Assembly: GCF_000150275.1 (NCBI RefSeq)
Contig: NW_002060947.1
Coordinates: 1,849,740 to 1,913,739, forward strand
DNA: 64,000 nucleotides
From: Trichoplax adhaerens
Lineage: Eukaryota > Animalia > Placozoa
Reading direction: 5' to 3'
The notes beneath the pieces are model-generated. The model saw nothing but the letters and a program-made list of their open reading frames with translations. It was not told where the DNA came from and made no database searches. Both the position numbers and the translations under genes were made by a program. How positions within the stretch are numbered: position 1 is the first letter of the stretch; each line of letters begins with the position of its first letter. Shown here in pieces: positions 38,801 to 53,599 of this stretch.

Positions 38801-41800
38801 CTTAGTAAATTCATTTTCATTTCTTATTTGAGCAAACACTATTACAGTATGTCACCATAACAACGCTATAATACTTTCAATTTTGCAATAGATATTTTTA
38901 TGAAGGGATAATTGTTAGAAAGATTAAATCTCTTTAGCAAGAAAAATATTAAATATCATCGTAGCCGACGGTTAGGTTTGAATAAAATTGATAATAGAAC
39001 AGTTTAATCTAGTACAAAATATTTGTATGGGTTTGTTTCTAGTGACTGCTGGAACACCATTTAAAATTGAAGATTAGCAAGAAATTATAGCATAAATTTC
39101 TCAGAGAAATTAGCATCGTTTGACAAGATTACTTTTAGCGAATGAGGCTGACGTATTTACTCCAAATACCAGCACCCACTTTAAGCTTAAGTAATTTAAA
39201 GTTTCTTTATATTTGCCGCCTTGTGAAATATTGGCAAAATAGATCAACTTAAAAATAACGTACTATAGACAATAATATTTTAATGATAAAAAGAATTTAG
39301 TTGCAAAATTTTTAAATTTAATATCAATCAAGCAAGATTAATTACAAACATAATTTAGGATAGCATGAATAAAAAGTAAAGGTAAATATGATCACTTTAC
39401 GTTGCAATATAGTAAGTAGGATTAAATCTGCGTTATTGCTTTATCATTATCGTTTAAATTAGTAGAAGTCCATTAATAATTTTTATTATCTTATATTTTA
39501 TAAATTATCATATATATTGAATTTGAAATACTGATGAAATATTAATTGTAATGTAAAAACGAAAATAGGGGGTCTTAGGTACTCGTCTATCAGCACTGTG
39601 TTATGTTAGCGACGGTGCGCTATTTCTATCGTATAGAAGAGGCTTATAGGCTTATAATATTAAATAATAGTTGTATTGAGCTGTTTGCATGCCTAGTATC
39701 GTTAGAACTACAATTTCAGTCTTGATATACTGTATATGGAAAAATATATAGAAAAAGTTAGAATAAAATATAGATCCGCTCTCACTATCTACATAGCAAA
39801 AAATATAATTTTGTCGTGTTCTTTTTAATATCATTATCAAGATCTACAACATATTTTATATGAAAAATCCCATTTTCTGAAAAGGTAAGCTCGAGGAAAA
39901 TTATATGATTTAGGTATTTTTGATGTACGAATGCGGAATATTAGTTTCAATTGTAGTTCTATCATTGCTAGGCGTTTTTCTCTTACTCTGTTATACAAAT
40001 TGATACATGAGTAGTTCCTTATGTAGGCTTGCTTTTATATTTTACCCGTGAGTAGCTTAATCTAGAACAGCAAGTAATGCTAATAGAATTTAAGACTATA
40101 ATATTATTACTACTTGGTAATTGTATCAGTTCTGATTAATTATTAGCACTGGATTAACAGAGGTACTAAGACTCATTATTAGCGAGTATCTAGGGTCATA
40201 GTCCACTCGCTAAATTAGTCAAGCATATCAAGAGGGCTAATTGAATAAATCTTATCTTAAATACTACTTTTTTCGTTAATGCTACGAAGAGATTTATAGT
40301 AAGACCCCCCATTGCGATATATAAATAATTTTAAATTCATATGATTTATCTAATTTGGAAATTGAAATGATATGAATGTATGCAGTAAAATGCAAAGTTA
40401 GAATTTTAAATTAAGTGTAAAATCTTAATATCAGATGTGGTCATATCATATCCCATTTTAATATGTAATTGTCTGTTAATATGGGAAGAGTCTAACTGCT
40501 AATAATACTAATCATTGCGTAGTTTCATCTATATCGTGATTAATACATCCAAAGTATTGAAAAGGCACATAATAACTAAAATTCAGTTTTATTAATCAAT
40601 CAAGGTCTACTTAATACTCGCCAAATGCAATTGGATAGCAGTTTGTAGGATCGATACAGTGTCTAAATAATGTAAAGATAAATAATTAACTCAATCAAAA
40701 TCCTGCCATGATTAACAAAGAAGTTGATAAGAGTTGTCAAGACTGCCACTCTAACATAAACAGGAAGGTTATCAAGAAGTTCTCGTCGTTTATAATGATC
40801 TAGAGGTGCACCATCAATTGATTTAGATTGAAACTTTATTATAGAATTCAGCTGAAATGACTCGCCATTGCGTAATTAAATTGCCTCATTTCTATTGTAC
40901 TTTTAATATGAATACATAGAGGTCCTATTATCGAAAATATCTTTCCTGCTTATTATACAGTTATCGAGGTAAAAATTGACGAGAAGTCTAAATACAACTG
41001 CCTACTTAACTAACGTTAAACTGATTAATATACTAAGGAAATATATGACATAGCTCTAATTCTTTCAGCTTGATCAAGAAGTGGTTTTGTAATTGGTAAA
41101 TAATGAAGATAAAATAAAAAATTAAATAATTTTTTTAAGAATTAGATTAATTAAGTTCTTATTATCTCGTATTAATCAAAATCTACGTATAGAATCTGTA
41201 AGGAAAAATCGAAGTATATGCATGATGTGGTGGAGTTGTAATGCTACACCTTAAATATTAAGGGACAGTTTCATTGTAAATATGAGCATTAATGTAACGT
41301 CATATGTGGAAAGATCACGCACTGATTAAAGGCAGGTGTCTAAGAATTACTTAGAATACAAAGAGAATAAATTTAGTCTAATGATTAGAATTAAAATGGT
41401 CTAATAACATTTGCAAATCCAATAATTTTAATTGATTGCTTTTCCAGTAGCCATAGATTACCGAGCATTATCGTAATATTATAATTGAACCTATCTTAGC
41501 CTATTATTATAACAATCAATCTTATAACATATTTAATTGAAGTGTAGGGAATGTGTAATAAACTGTGTATTTCGATAACTACAACTGGGAGCTCATATAT
41601 TTACTTTTAAATAATGTTGACTACACCTTAATTCTCTATATCATTTATCAACTGATGCAATTCAATGTATACCATTTTAATAATGGTTATAAGAGTCAAT
41701 TCAATACGATTCATTCTTTGTGCTTAAATAGAATAAGCTTCAAAATAACGCAAACACTTATTTATGATGAAGTTCTGAACTAATTTCGTAGCTTAGTCCT

Positions 41801-44800
41801 TCTTTTTATCTACAAGTATTGCAGTTAGTTGCTACTCACTACGAAAGAATTTATTACCTTTAATCTTTCCGATGAATTTCATTTTAATATTAGTTGCGTA
41901 ATACATTTCAATACGTAAATGATAACGAGTAACACTATAACTATATATAGTAGCTACGCTACTTATATGCAACAATATAAATTTTCAATTTTATTGCAAT
42001 TAGTTGAAAGGTTTCTGCAAGTGCAGTAATTGAAAATTATATTACTGTATAATCTTTATCGATCGATACTTCATTTTTTGTAGTATTTTAATGATAATCA
42101 GCCATTATATAAGGGGTAATACTATGATTACGGCAGTAGTTGGTATTATATAGCTTTTACTATACTACATTTTTAAGACAACGATTAGTTATGATGGCTA
42201 TTAGAATTATACAGAAGAAAGAGTAACGTAAGATCTAAATACAATGAACAATGAATATAGAAACAGGAGAAGAAAAAATCATGGTGATTAAATGAAAATT
42301 GCTATTTGAAATAGCATGGATATCTTTCAAAATATGCTGTAATTCTAATTAATAAGTAAGTAAAATAAGTTTTGCGATATGACTGCGTACGAATTTGGTT
42401 TTTATGAAGTGATAATAAAATGACGTTCTATTGAATAATGATTTTATCCGTTTAAAAAGAATTGCTGACTGAGAGATAAAACAACTAAATAAGAATTTCA
42501 ATTTGGAAGTGAAAAGCTTATTTAGTAAATAACATAGAATCTGTATTAGCATTAACAATTTATGGCAAGCAAGTCTTGAATTCCTGAAAGAAATTACCAA
42601 CATCGGAAGTACTGACTACAACTATTACAATCAATAATACTGTGATTTATCCATTCTTAAGGCCATGTGTTATTAGGAAATGGTTCATGTTTCATGAATA
42701 TGCGGACATATCATGACGGACGAGAATCATTATCGTCTAAAGTATAAGAGCTTTCAGCTCAATATCTTAGAAGATAAAAATCTAGCAAATATGCGTTAAT
42801 AGCACGTTTCAGCTGTAACTTTAGGATATATTTCAGTTCGAATTCTGAACTTACAAATACGCTTTTTTGCATCCTTGTCACAAAACAGCTTTGCAACAAG
42901 ATAACGCAATATACGATCAATAAGTCAATTCCTTGAACCACGTATCAAGGAACGATATCTGCACTATCACGAACACTTTTGCTCTTCTAGCAGACTACAC
43001 AAAGACTTAAACACCTCGTATTTTACGTTAAACACTAAGTTGGAGAATTCTTTCTTTATTTCACGATATACTGCATTTATATACTATTCCTCAATAGTTC
43101 ATGAGTCATAGTTAATACAATTAACATTAGAATCATTTACTGAATTAGATATTAATTTTAGCTACTGCTCCCTTAATGCAGACAACAGTATTTACGAACA
43201 TAGACATGTAATGACTAATACAGAATAGTCAGATTACGATATGTCCTATCACGGAACATTTCCATGATAATTTACAGTCTACCATAAGTAAATTACAATC
43301 ACAATGATTCGAACTGTAAGCAGATGATTTGCATTCCCTATTATAACTATTAATTTCAGTATGTGTATAAGTGTCACTGTCATAAAAAGTCAGTACTATA
43401 TTAAAATACAGCATATCCAAATTAGAAGTTAACTAAATAAGGATAGTCTAAGAGAATTATCCTAACATAGTTATTTCTACTGTAATACAGTATTTAACAC
43501 CGTAACAATCCTGTATCTCAATTTCCTTTTGATCCTATCATTTTTTAAATTCCCATTCCTATAAAGGACTATTCCTATTAAAATTATTCCTATTTTATAA
43601 ATAGCACACATTGAAAGGTAACGTTTAGAAGTAACGAAAAGGTTTAAAGGCTAAATAAATACAACTGCGATAAAGCCATAAAGAATACCATCTCAATCTT
43701 CTCTGATATCGACCACGCAATTCGTCGTATTTAGTTCGGATTAGATCATATTTTTTTATACTGATATAATTTAATTCTTGTTTTAAAGTATTTTAAATAT
43801 CATTTGTATAGTTATTCCTAATATTAATACGTATCTCTATTTTAATAGTTAAAGAACAAACTGACTTGACTTACTGGCGATTGTATTATTATTAAATAAT
43901 CCCTGTAAAAATGGATTTGATTATTATTTACTCCTTCTCTTACGATAACACTAGTTCTGATTACAATATTTATGGAGCTATATGCATCCACTAAACTATT
44001 TGCTGCCCTGATCAATGCTCAAAAATGTGATTTTAGTAATTATTTATGAAGATGTACATGCTATTACTGGAGTTACAATGATTTTGTTGTTAGATCGGAT
44101 CTTCTATTTTAATTTAATACGGAAATGGAGCGAAATTGTACTAATGTTCCATATTTGGCTCTTTAGAAAGTCGCCTATTAACAAAGCATTCATCATATAA
44201 AAGATGGAGTAATACTCAAATAATGACGCAATGTTCAGTTCGTATGGAACTAAGTAATAATCTTGCTTAGCAGGATTTAATTAATAAGGATGCTATGACC
44301 CAGTTTTAATTTTTCGGCTGTCGCTATATAGGCCATTCGTCATTTATTAGTGATTCAATTCTTTCGGCTCATACTCTTAACGATATTTATATATTACTTA
44401 CAGTAATAAATCTATTTAAACACATGATTCTGATCATTTTGCTGACTAATGTTAATATTAATGCATTTTATAGGTGACATCGATTCATCTTCAGCTACAG
44501 AACAGCCGGTTGTGGTGGCAATATTTAAAATTGTTAGATATATACTACAAATGTATTGATAATTGCAATCGTATGATATTGGTAAATTATTGACAGCTAT
44601 AGTACTGAATTGATGTAATAGAAACTAATCTTAAGAGAATGCGTGTTAAAAAAATAGCTTTTACAGTTACGATTTAGATAGCATGACCACAATCAATTCA
44701 ACTTAGGAATCATCTAACCGCTATTTTAGTATAAGATACGCCACATATATCATTTCGTAAGCTAAATCTAATTTAAGCTATGAATTAATAATTTGACTAA

Positions 44801-47800
44801 AAATCTTATCCAAGGTTCTACATTTACACCCAATGATTTATTTTTACAAGATCCGATAAAGTTATCAATAAAGTTGTATAGTAATTAAAAATAGAGCTGT
44901 CATAAATATATAATTGATTCACTTAACAAAGCAAGCGTTATCAAGTCGAAATATGGAAGATCAGGTATAGAATTAAGGGGAGACAATCATTTAATTTAGA
45001 TTAAAATAATTAGTTATGTTCATATCTAAAAGATAAATAATGGAACTAATTTCCAATGACTAGATTAAAATGACTATTAACGATATTAAAAGCAACTAAT
45101 CAAATTTGTTCAATTCGTCTCGCATATTTCATCATCTACCGACTAGATCTATTACTTGACTCAAGAACAACATTTAAGCAATACAATACCTAAAAATCAT
45201 TGAAAGTGCAACTATTTATCTATTGAAATCAACTCACGATATATATTCCTATTTTCGTAGAATATGGCAATAGCTGTCTCCTTTAAAACAAAATAATAGC
45301 ATTCGTATTCATCCGCAAAGGCTTCTAAGTAATCGATTATATATCGTAGAATAATTCCAGGAACTACATTTTTCAAGAAAATGTGTCTAATCGGATGACA
45401 TTTGCTGCCGTCATTGATATTCTATTAATTTTTAATAGATTATGGTAAATGAAATAGACTGTGATGATTGCATCTGATACCTTTGCTAATATATAGTATT
45501 ATACTTTCGATTAATGCGATTAATTTGCCATAAAATGTGATTTTCTTTCGAGTAAAAATATTCCCTTCACAAGTCAAAACATTCATATTTACAGCATCTA
45601 AGAGATAAACGCATATGCCCTATGGTTTATTGTCTTATGCATGATCTTAAACCTTGCATTCGTGTGCTATGTATATGTACAACACGGTGAAATATGAAAT
45701 TACTTCGATTTGAAAATCAAAACAAAATTCTTAGTAAATCGAGCTATCTGGAGTATAAGTTAGGACATAGTACAATCATCTTGAGAGACTAAGTAAGGCT
45801 ATTTTGTATACTTCAGTAAATCAAGAATAACGGTACTTCAAAGTTTACTAGGGTAATAGGTTGTAAAGAAAGGTTAGGATTAATACTGAATTTTTTGATT
45901 GCATACATCTCCTTAATTGTACAATAGATCAAATAATTGGACAAAGAGAATCATATATTTAATTGAAATTCTCCAAGTGCTAGGAGCTTCTACATTATTA
46001 ATTAGTAATCTAATTGTTCATTATCATATGTTATTCATAAATTATTAGTAGTTACGCAAATATTTCAAGGTATGGTCTAGTTTATCATTTTCTGATCTGA
46101 TATTACAATGATATTTTTATGCTGTGACTGACTGACCTCGAATTTCTTTCTGAAAATAAGTTAGACTGCATTCTATCTACAGCATATTTGTAAGGCTTAA
46201 TTTCGCAAGAACAAAACTCGTAGCTTACTTATAATTGAGATGTAAATTTTGCATTATCAGAATTTTTCGGAATTGTTTCTAAAATTCATGATTTTATCAT
46301 CATGTAAAGCCATGTTTTGCATTGACCAGAAAGCGTAAATTTAAAGCATTTAATAAGGGTTTTTATGAGGCGAAAAGGATTTACAAGTGACTAACTAGTA
46401 ACTACTATAGCACATATTGAATATGCAGCATATATCCAGCTGTGTCCAAATCTGCTAAAAATCCACGATGGGGATATGAGATTTCTTTTATGAAGATAGA
46501 AAATGAGAAAGATAATAGTGCTGTGATTGACTGATTGTCCCGTTAGAATCATAACATTGATATTGATAGCATTTTTAGTTCCCAAAATACTCATCTATAT
46601 ATGGTACATACTTTAATGATTTAGCCATTTTACATGGATTTACGATATAAATTTATCGAGATAATCACAGTATCACATAGTAAACTTATAGGTATGGCAT
46701 AAATAGAATCTTAGCATAGAACAGTATTTCAAGCACGGCTGATTTTAGTGGTACAGATTTTTCATTAGCTACTTTAGATTTGAACACAATTTAGTAGTAA
46801 GCTCTAGCATAGAATAATTCATAGTTTGTAGAAAGTTATATATATCAAGAGTTGTTTAGACATCAGCTAAGGTGGGATGTCAATATTTAAAATATAGAAT
46901 ATCACAGCATAAATAATATTTCATTATGACGTTTTAACCATTTGAAGCATTAGACCCTTATTTTCTTTCGTAAAGTAGCATCTAGGTATATATTTTAATA
47001 TGGTAGCCTGTTAATTTACATGATATGATTGCTAAAGCTCGTGCATAGATATCTCTTGGTACTAAAAATCTCTAAATATAATGTATAGTTTGTGTTTACG
47101 CTATCATATATTATTTACGATCTAATAACAAAAAACTGACAGTCTTATGTACTTCCTTTACGAAATATAGGTTGCTAGTCAAAAGTTAAGTAGGGTTTGT
47201 AACATTTTTTTCTTTCATTTCTATTACATTTATACAATTTAAATTGCTCTCTGTTTGTATTTATTCTGAAGTCGCCTAATTGAACGGTAACTCATTAGCA
47301 TGTCACACTTACTAGGCATTTTTATGTTGTCACGGATACTACATCTATTTATCATTGCAGCAGTCGTTTCTAGTAACTTATCACACTATTTATGACATAT
47401 ATTGACAAAGAGTTCTATATGATATTCTAGAGTTTTAGTTTCTATTGAACAAAATGAATTCAATCCATAATTCAATGAATTTAAACAATTCCTTATGTAT
47501 TATTTGATCTCAGTATTGACTCACTACTTTTGAAAAGATTTCGATTAAGAAACAAAACTTTATAGTGCAGGAATATCCAAGAAGTCTACAAAGACCATGT
47601 GATGTGCAGACTATTTCCTCATATTTATTAATTGGATCAGTACTGTGCTTATCCATTTTAGTAAATGTAACGTTTATGTAAAATCTTAAACTGACTATTT
47701 ATGTTAATAAATTAAATTGCAGAAGGGGTTTAGAAAACATTGTTCGATAGTTGATTTATCATTACTAATCACTCAATCTACTGTTAATTGTTTTTGACTT

Positions 47801-49539
47801 GGCACATCATTCAAATATAACATCAACGAAACATTATATCTACGCAAAATAAGTCGATAGAAGAGAAAGAAATAATATGGATAATGTTGCATTAAAGTCA
47901 GTGTTTAATTTGAAAATTATATGCACTTATTGTCAAGAATTTAACTGAAATAGATTGTTTTTACTTACGCTTGGCATAATAATGGATTAGTTCCCAGAAT
48001 AGCTTAAAAATGTTGAAATTAATTAATAAGGACCTCATCATAACCTAACAAACACCTCAAGTTTGACATTGCTTTATAGGGGCAATGCCGGTAGTTGGCA
48101 GCAGTGAATGTTAAATACTGTACATGTCTCAACTTAGTTCCACAGAATCGATATATCGTATTGAGCTGCCAGAACTGTTATATTATTAACTTTATTATAT
48201 TGTAATATTACAAAAGGCACTTCTAATCTAACATACATGTTTTGCGAAATAGTATGATACAAAAGGTGCAAATAATACAACGATAATATTGTCAAGAACA
48301 AAAATATCTAGTGGCAGTTATTAAGATCAGTTCGATTTCTTTTTTCATCTATACAATAAATAATCAATTAAATAAATGTCAATTTTCGATCACTTTTGAC
48401 AGGTTATATTCTTTCATGCCAATGACAGCAGGCCGAATTGTTAAGAAAATCTATCTTGTATTCTTATTATGATGTTGGTTCATATGTTACCTTAAAGTTT
48501 AGTTGTAATAATTTAATAATAGCCCAGACCAGAGTACAATTTTAACCGTTGAATTTAGAAGACAAATTACTTTATTATTGTTATTTATGCAAACACCGAA
48601 ATTAATAATTAATTGCGCGATACTGTATACCGTAGATAATAGCAATTATTAATCAGCGTCTTTGCTGTCAAATTATTCCTTCTATTATATTGATCAAAAT
48701 GAAATGATATTTGAAGTAAAAATTGAAAAGCAAGGCTGATAATAATCTTAAGTAAATTGAATAGCTTCACGGTAGAGTTTGTAGAATTCAGTTTCTCTGC
48801 CAATTGGCAAAATTACCATACATCTTACTCAATTTGGATCCACGTGTACCATTCTTCATTATCTATTGACTCTAGACTTATGTAGATCCTAGATAGAATT
48901 ATGACATGATCATGGAAATATTCCCTTAAGGTAGGTAAATCCACTATTTTAATTTATTACAGCTTCTTTTTTAAGAATTAAAATGCTTCTTAATATTTAA
49001 TAAATACATAATTGTTTAAAATATCGTGAGGAAATGAAACTCTATCAGCTATTAGATCTATAATAGAAAGCGGGCCTTAAAAATTTCTTTCGTTATTTCC
49101 TTCAGTCTATTGATTCATTATTCTGTGAAATCAATTTATTCTCATAATTAATTAAAATAAAAATTACTTATTTTAAATTTTACAGGGTCCATGCGTCGCC
49201 TATTATTTATTCTTAATTTTTTCTTTTATACAAAAAATTGCATTTAATTAAAAAATAAAATATTTTTCTTTTCTTTGAATGCATTAATTTAATCATTGAT
49301 TAATTATAATATCGTATTAAAAGTTATTTGTAAACGAGAATATAGACAAAACACCAAAATAGTAATTACTTTAGTTGGATGATAAATAAAATTATACTCT
49401 GTCTATATAATTTAGAATAATATTTTATGTTCAAGCGTTTCTATTATTAGACCTCAGTTTATCATTGATGATTCCTACAATATGGAAATGGTGATAATTT
49501 GATAATAGAGTTGGATTTTATATAGTCGAAGATAGTTCT

Positions 49540-52500
49540 AATGTCATTTTTAATTCTACGCTATGATCTCGTCGTTGTTTATCATGACAAAATCAGCTTA
49601 GCCTTTATGATACCTACAAATTGCGATGGTTTAATTTTAAGATATCAATATTATCTAATTAATTGACTATTAATCAAATAAATTATCGGTAACGACGTCT
49701 TGACTACTTACTATCATCTCCCCAGTGGGATATAAGGGGAAATTATTGGACGCTTCATCAAGGCTATGGAATGCAATTTTCTGATTAATATTACAGTCTA
49801 TGTTATCAAGATCAAATACAGGCAATAAATGGCTTTGATAAATTGTTACTGTCATGGAAATAAAATTGACATTTTTAATGGGTAATAGTACACTTCGATA
49901 TATACCTATTTAATATAGTACGTTCGAGAACATTTATTATGGCGTCTCTATGATGATAAGATATTGACATTATTTTAAAGAAAAATGATATTAATAATAC
50001 GTTATAAATAAACTGGAAGATGACATGGTCATGTCTTATTTTAATATATAGTTACAAAATAGCATTGATATTTCAAGACATGACCATATTAATGAGTATG
50101 GTCGATTTTTTTATTTCAGTATTAAATAGATATATTATCAAATGTGGAACAAAAAAATTACGGCTGCTGATGATTTTGTTTTACTCGTTCAGTTTGTCCT
50201 TTTTATCCGAACTGTTGACATTGCCTCAATAGCTATTGATACATAGTTATATTGTCATTGGCGGCTATTCGATGATTAAACTAAGGTTACAATTGCATTT
50301 CCTTGATTTTGACACCTATTGTAAGCTATTCTATGGAGAAAGAGGATATTGTAACATATTTGATGAAGTCGTGACTTAATTTTGGTCAAAATATTGAGTA
50401 ACCGCTACGATCCACTTTTGGAAACTATAGCTGTCAAATTTAATTGACGTAAAAATCAATCGATTCTTTTTCCCCGCATTATTATTATTATTTTTTTAAT
50501 CTATCAAAACCCGTCGTCTATATCTTGTTCTTGTTGAATGTCTAGAAAATAATAAAAACAGCGAATGAATTTATTCTGACTGGATAAAAGTCTAAAAATT
50601 TAAAATTTTGATTTTGATGAGCATTATTGTTATAGTAGGAGGGCATTGACGATGTAATCTGATATTAATCAATTTGAAGCTCCAATTTTGTATCAATTCT
50701 TTTTAAATTGTCATGATGACCTGGATGGCTTTGATATTTCAATCTCACGATGATCAACAGCAATGATAGAGTAAAGGCTACTATAAATAATTTTATATGT
50801 AAAATTAACATTATTAAAACAACAATGTCAAAGTTTTCTTCCTCTTGATAATCGTTCCGACTGCAATTCTTACATATTGTTGATGTTATTGTCATGATGA
50901 TAATTAAAATCAATTGATACTGTTTCATTCCATATTTATATTCTATTTTATCACCATTACTATTTATTGATCATGTATTATGTAATTGAATATTAGCCTA
51001 TTCCTTGACGTAAATTTACCGCTGAGGACTATATTAACAGCAAGATAACAACAACATAATTGTCAGATTGTGCGATTAAAATTAATTTAATACGAACTTT
51101 TATCAGAATTAAAGCTATATTTTTATTTGAAAACAGTCTTAACTATTCCTTTCCAGTGTTTTATAGCTCTCAATCCTATCCATATCCTATACTTATACAA
51201 ATATTTTATCGCTAGATCGGTAATTTTTTTATCTCCTTATTATTACTTTGGTATTGCTAGATCTTAATGATGTTGCTTGCCACTCGTTATCGTCATAATA
51301 CGATATAAGACAACGTCATGACTGAGGTTGGCGATGATCAAAAGCTAGCTTTGATAAGTGTCCTCGTCGAGGAATACTTAAAATCATCACTTTTTTATCT
51401 GACCATTATCATATCATCGGGAATGTTATTAACGTCAACGGATATATCCATGAATAAAATATAGAAAGCAAGCGAATCGTCATTATGTGATTTTATAGTT
51501 ATAGCTAATATAATGACTAGTTCATTTCGTTCCAAGAAAAATTAATATTCTATCTTATAAAGCTACTTTACAAGTATAGAATAGATCGAGAGTATCTATA
51601 ATGACGTCTTCATTTTATACTATATGGGATAGGATAATGATGCATAACATAGTACTGCCAACGAGTACTTTTTTTTACAGCATCTTATCTGCATTATTTA
51701 ATCGACTCATGATGAATTACAAGTTGGCGAGAACGAATAGCAAGAAAGTGTTATGGCAGTAACATTTACCTGCATGCTATATATATTGCTATCATCATTT
51801 GAATTGATAATATCAGATTAGTTGTATTTGCTTTGATATGATATTGAGCTAAATTGCATGAAATAGAGTATCATATGGATGGAAAGATGATTAGCTATCG
51901 TCATACTATTAAAATGAGCTCATCATTCAAGGTAATTCAATTAATTTAGCCTGCAATGTTTATTTTAATTGTTTGTATGCCAACTTGAATGCAGACAGAG
52001 TGGAGTCTTTTGAATGTTTATCAAACTAACAAATTATCCAGATAAATTAGATTAATGTTCAAGATTGGAAGAATTGATTTTGTCGTTTAAAATGAATTTA
52101 TAGAGATTTATAAATTGCTCTATTGTTATCCATTCTGCAAATCCATTGATTTAAATGTAGTCTATCTAGATAGATCAGAGTTGATTCCATTCTATTCTAT
52201 TCAATCAAAAGCTAATTTATCTATTTATGATAGATGATATTTCTTCTCAAAAGTAGATAGTGATTTTTTTGATATATTTTTGTTGTTGATTTATTTTCCT
52301 CTCTCTCCCTCTCTCTCTTTCTCTTTACTCCATATCTTCCTTTCTACTCTCTAAGTGATGATCGATAAGTAGATGATGATCCATTTTGTCATGCTTTAAC
52401 TTCCCTCCCAGTATTATCATTTTTATTCATTGATTATAAGTAATGTATAAATACTGCTTACTGTTGATTATAATACGAGTGCATGGGTGGAGTATATGCA

Positions 52501-52900
52501 GTAAGAGAGTGAGAGGGGGTTGAATTGTTTATTCATCTTTTACATTAAATCAAAATAATGTGCCGGTAGGGAGGAGATTGTAAAAGACATTTTGCCCATT
52601 GATTCTTTTATTAAATTATTTGGTACAAAAGTCAAGCCAACCCCTTAACCAGGATAAAATAACAAAAATTGATGAATTTCAATAGGATCTAAGAAAGAAG
52701 CCTTGCATCGATATTAGACCTTGTTGTAACTTCAATCTTATTACGGATGTCATCATCAATCGACACTAGGAAGAGAATGTAATTCGAGTTACCAAAATGT
52801 TTTTTGATCTTTCTTATTATTTTATCATTTCATTTAATTACATAATTACACGTGATTTATTAGCACAATATCAATTATCATGCAATTCAATCAAAGGATC
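49540..52900. promoter_or_regulatory. Candidate Brachyury upstream cis-regulatory region (TCF/LEF sites, TGACA cluster, CT/GA tract at ~52298-52335)
   Basis: CTTTGAT/ATCAAAG at 49833, 50729, 51349, 51831 and 52890; 14 TGACA/TGTCA in 49542-51065. Function inferred only. Confidence 0.4.
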
Positions 52901-53599
52901 TCTCGGATACTTATACTGTGTACATAACCTTAATATAAATTAAACTACCGTGATAAATTCCAGTTGCTAATTTACTTTCCATCATAACGCACTACCCGGA
53001 TTGATCATCCACTTCACTTGATAGCTTCATTAATTCATACTATTGAGAGAAGAAAAATTGACTCCTCATTTTTTTCAATTGAAACTATTTCTAGCTGTCA
53101 ATTCTATCTTGAACGATTTACTACTTGGCTTGTATCCACTTGAGTTTGAAATCTTTTAATCTTAAATTATTCATTAGCCAGATATCCAATTGGAATTGCT
53201 TGGCCTAAAAGCTGTTCAGGGCCACCACACAGGTTGTAACGCTTATCCATGGAGAATAATAATTATTTTATTTCATCGACTTAATATAGATCGATTTCAT
53301 TTCAATTTTAGCCGTAAATCATGATTAGATTGATAATCGATCGGGCTATAGAGCTCTATAGCTTACCTTGTTTTTCATTGCATCTATTTTTTTTCTTTCT
53401 ATGTTAATCATTTTAACGTAGAAAATAAGACATAACTCATGATTTTGTTACTCGCTTTTTCTCACTCTTACTCTGGCTGATAATCATTTTTATGAAATGA
53501 TAATTTACACCATTTGTTTTTTTTCTCTTCCTATCTCCTCTATGAATTCTCCACTCCAAATCAAGCGCTTGATAAGTCTTAACCAGTCGTTGCTTGTGA

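Noticed and set aside
33801-50928. Short 60-90 aa ORFs scattered through the desert
   Set aside because: I/L/F/Y/N-rich composition typical of random AT-rich DNA, with no recognisable motifs or linked splice sites.
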